Shown: positions 63,459 to 64,000 of the stretch, one piece after another
How positions within the stretch are numbered: position 1 is the stretch's first letter
Layout: each line of letters begins with the position of its first letter
Assembly (NCBI GenBank): GCA_964399125.1
Contig: CAYNPS010000001.1
Location: forward strand, 20,496 to 84,495
Reading direction: 5' to 3'
Length of the DNA stretch: 64,000 bases
Origin: an uncultured Terriglobales bacterium
Lineage (GTDB): Bacteria; Acidobacteriota; Terriglobia; Terriglobales; Acidobacteriaceae
Translations under genes and position numbers: made by a program
The notes under the pieces: model-generated
What the model was told of the DNA's origin: nothing
Database searches by the model: none
The model's input: the letters and a program-made list of their open reading frames with translations, nothing else

Positions 63459-64000
63459 CTATTGCGCACCGCGCCGGAGGAGAACCGTCTTGATGGTTTC
63501 GAACAGGATGTAGAGATCCAAAGACAAGGACATGTGCTTAATGTAGTAAAGGTCGTATTCGAGCTTCCGTTTCGTTTCCTCCAGCGAAGCCCCATACTGG
63601 TATTTGACCTGAGCCCAACCGGTCAGTCCAGGGCGGATGATGTGACGTAGTGCGTAATACGGAATTTGCTCCTCCAACCACTGCACAAATTCCGGTCTCT
63701 CCGGACGTGGCCCCACAAAACCCATGTCTCCCTTCAAAACGTTCCACAATTGTGGGATCTCATCGAGCCGTGTCTTGCGCATGAAACGACCGACGGAAGT
63801 AACGCGCGGATCGTTCTTGCCAGCCCAAACGGCGCCAGTTGTCGCCTCCGCATCAACCCGCATGGTTCTAAACTTGATAACCTTGAACGTCTCGCCTCTG
63901 CGTCCCACCCTTTCCTGTCGGAAGAAAATTGGACCGTGCGAACTCAATTTCACGGCCACAGCGAGTATCGGGATCAGCGGTAGGCATATGAGAAGCGTGG
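63459..64000 (-). CDS. Polyprenyl-phosphate glycosyl-1-phosphate (priming) sugar transferase, N-terminus beyond window
   Basis: The C-terminal domain reads LSSHGPIFFRQERVGRRGETFKVIKFRTMRVDAE...RLDEIPQLWNVLKGDMGFVGPRPERPEF...RPGLTGWAQV. The frame stays open upstream to base 64000 (…TLLICLPLIPILAVAVKL). Confidence 0.9.
   Translation of the reverse strand, partial: TLLICLPLIPILAVAVKLSSHGPIFFRQERVGRRGETFKVIKFRTMRVDAEATTGAVWAGKNDPRVTSVGRFMRKTRLDEIPQLWNVLKGDMGFVGPRPERPEFVQWLEEQIPYYALRHIIRPGLTGWAQVKYQYGASLEETKRKLEYDLYYIKHMSLSLDLYILFETIKTVLLRRGAQ

Overview
The window reads as one continuous cell-surface / biofilm super-locus of a Gram-negative bacterium. The gene content (PEP-CTERM proteins, Tad pilus, PilZ/TonB-type genes) suggests Acidobacteriota, but that is inference only.

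Layout, left to right:
- (1) 1-8.4 kb, minus strand: Tad/Flp pilus core. Order is DUF192, an unannotated 31-aa membrane ORF, tadC, tadB, cpaF/tadA, cpaE/tadZ, secretin cpaC, cpaB, prepilin peptidase tadV, and two flp pilin genes separated by a perfect 20-bp stem-loop.
- (2) 8.7-13.7 kb: a tight GT-C / methyltransferase / polyprenyl-P-sugar GT2 / GT-C cassette. It splits the Tad locus directly upstream of flp.
- (3) 13.8-16.7 kb: a mini M50 protease on the opposite strand, followed by the tadE, tadE' and tadG pseudopilin genes.
- (4) 16.9-20.1 kb: a translationally coupled operon. It encodes a sigma-54 enhancer-binding protein with a degenerate receiver, a prenyltransferase/squalene-cyclase-repeat protein and a DUF362 protein.
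- (5) 20.4-26 kb: an AAA+ ATPase, a PilZ-TM-TonB_C fusion protein and a GGDEF cyclase.
- (6) 26.6-30.5 kb: a roughly 1275-aa repetitive fibre/adhesin-like gene. It is broken by two single-base frame shifts and contains near-identical 621-bp tandem repeats.
- (7) 30.6-35.2 kb: a decayed response regulator, an IS3 transposase relic and three PEP-CTERM proteins.
- (8) 35.4-40.4 kb: a secreted HExxH metalloprotease, a relic copy of its 5' end, and a large secreted protein of unknown function.
- (9) 40.7-64 kb: a Wzx/Wzy-type exopolysaccharide locus. It holds a priming transferase, seven glycosyltransferases, flippase, polymerase, four acyl/acetyltransferases, two methyltransferases and a lyase-like lipoprotein.

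I found no rRNA, tRNA or CRISPR.

The best candidates for undescribed biology are:
- the glycosylation cassette embedded in the Tad locus;
- the PilZ-TonB_C / AAA+ pair;
- the EBP / prenyl-repeat / DUF362 operon feeding into tadG.

All functional calls rest on motifs read by eye. No database search was run.
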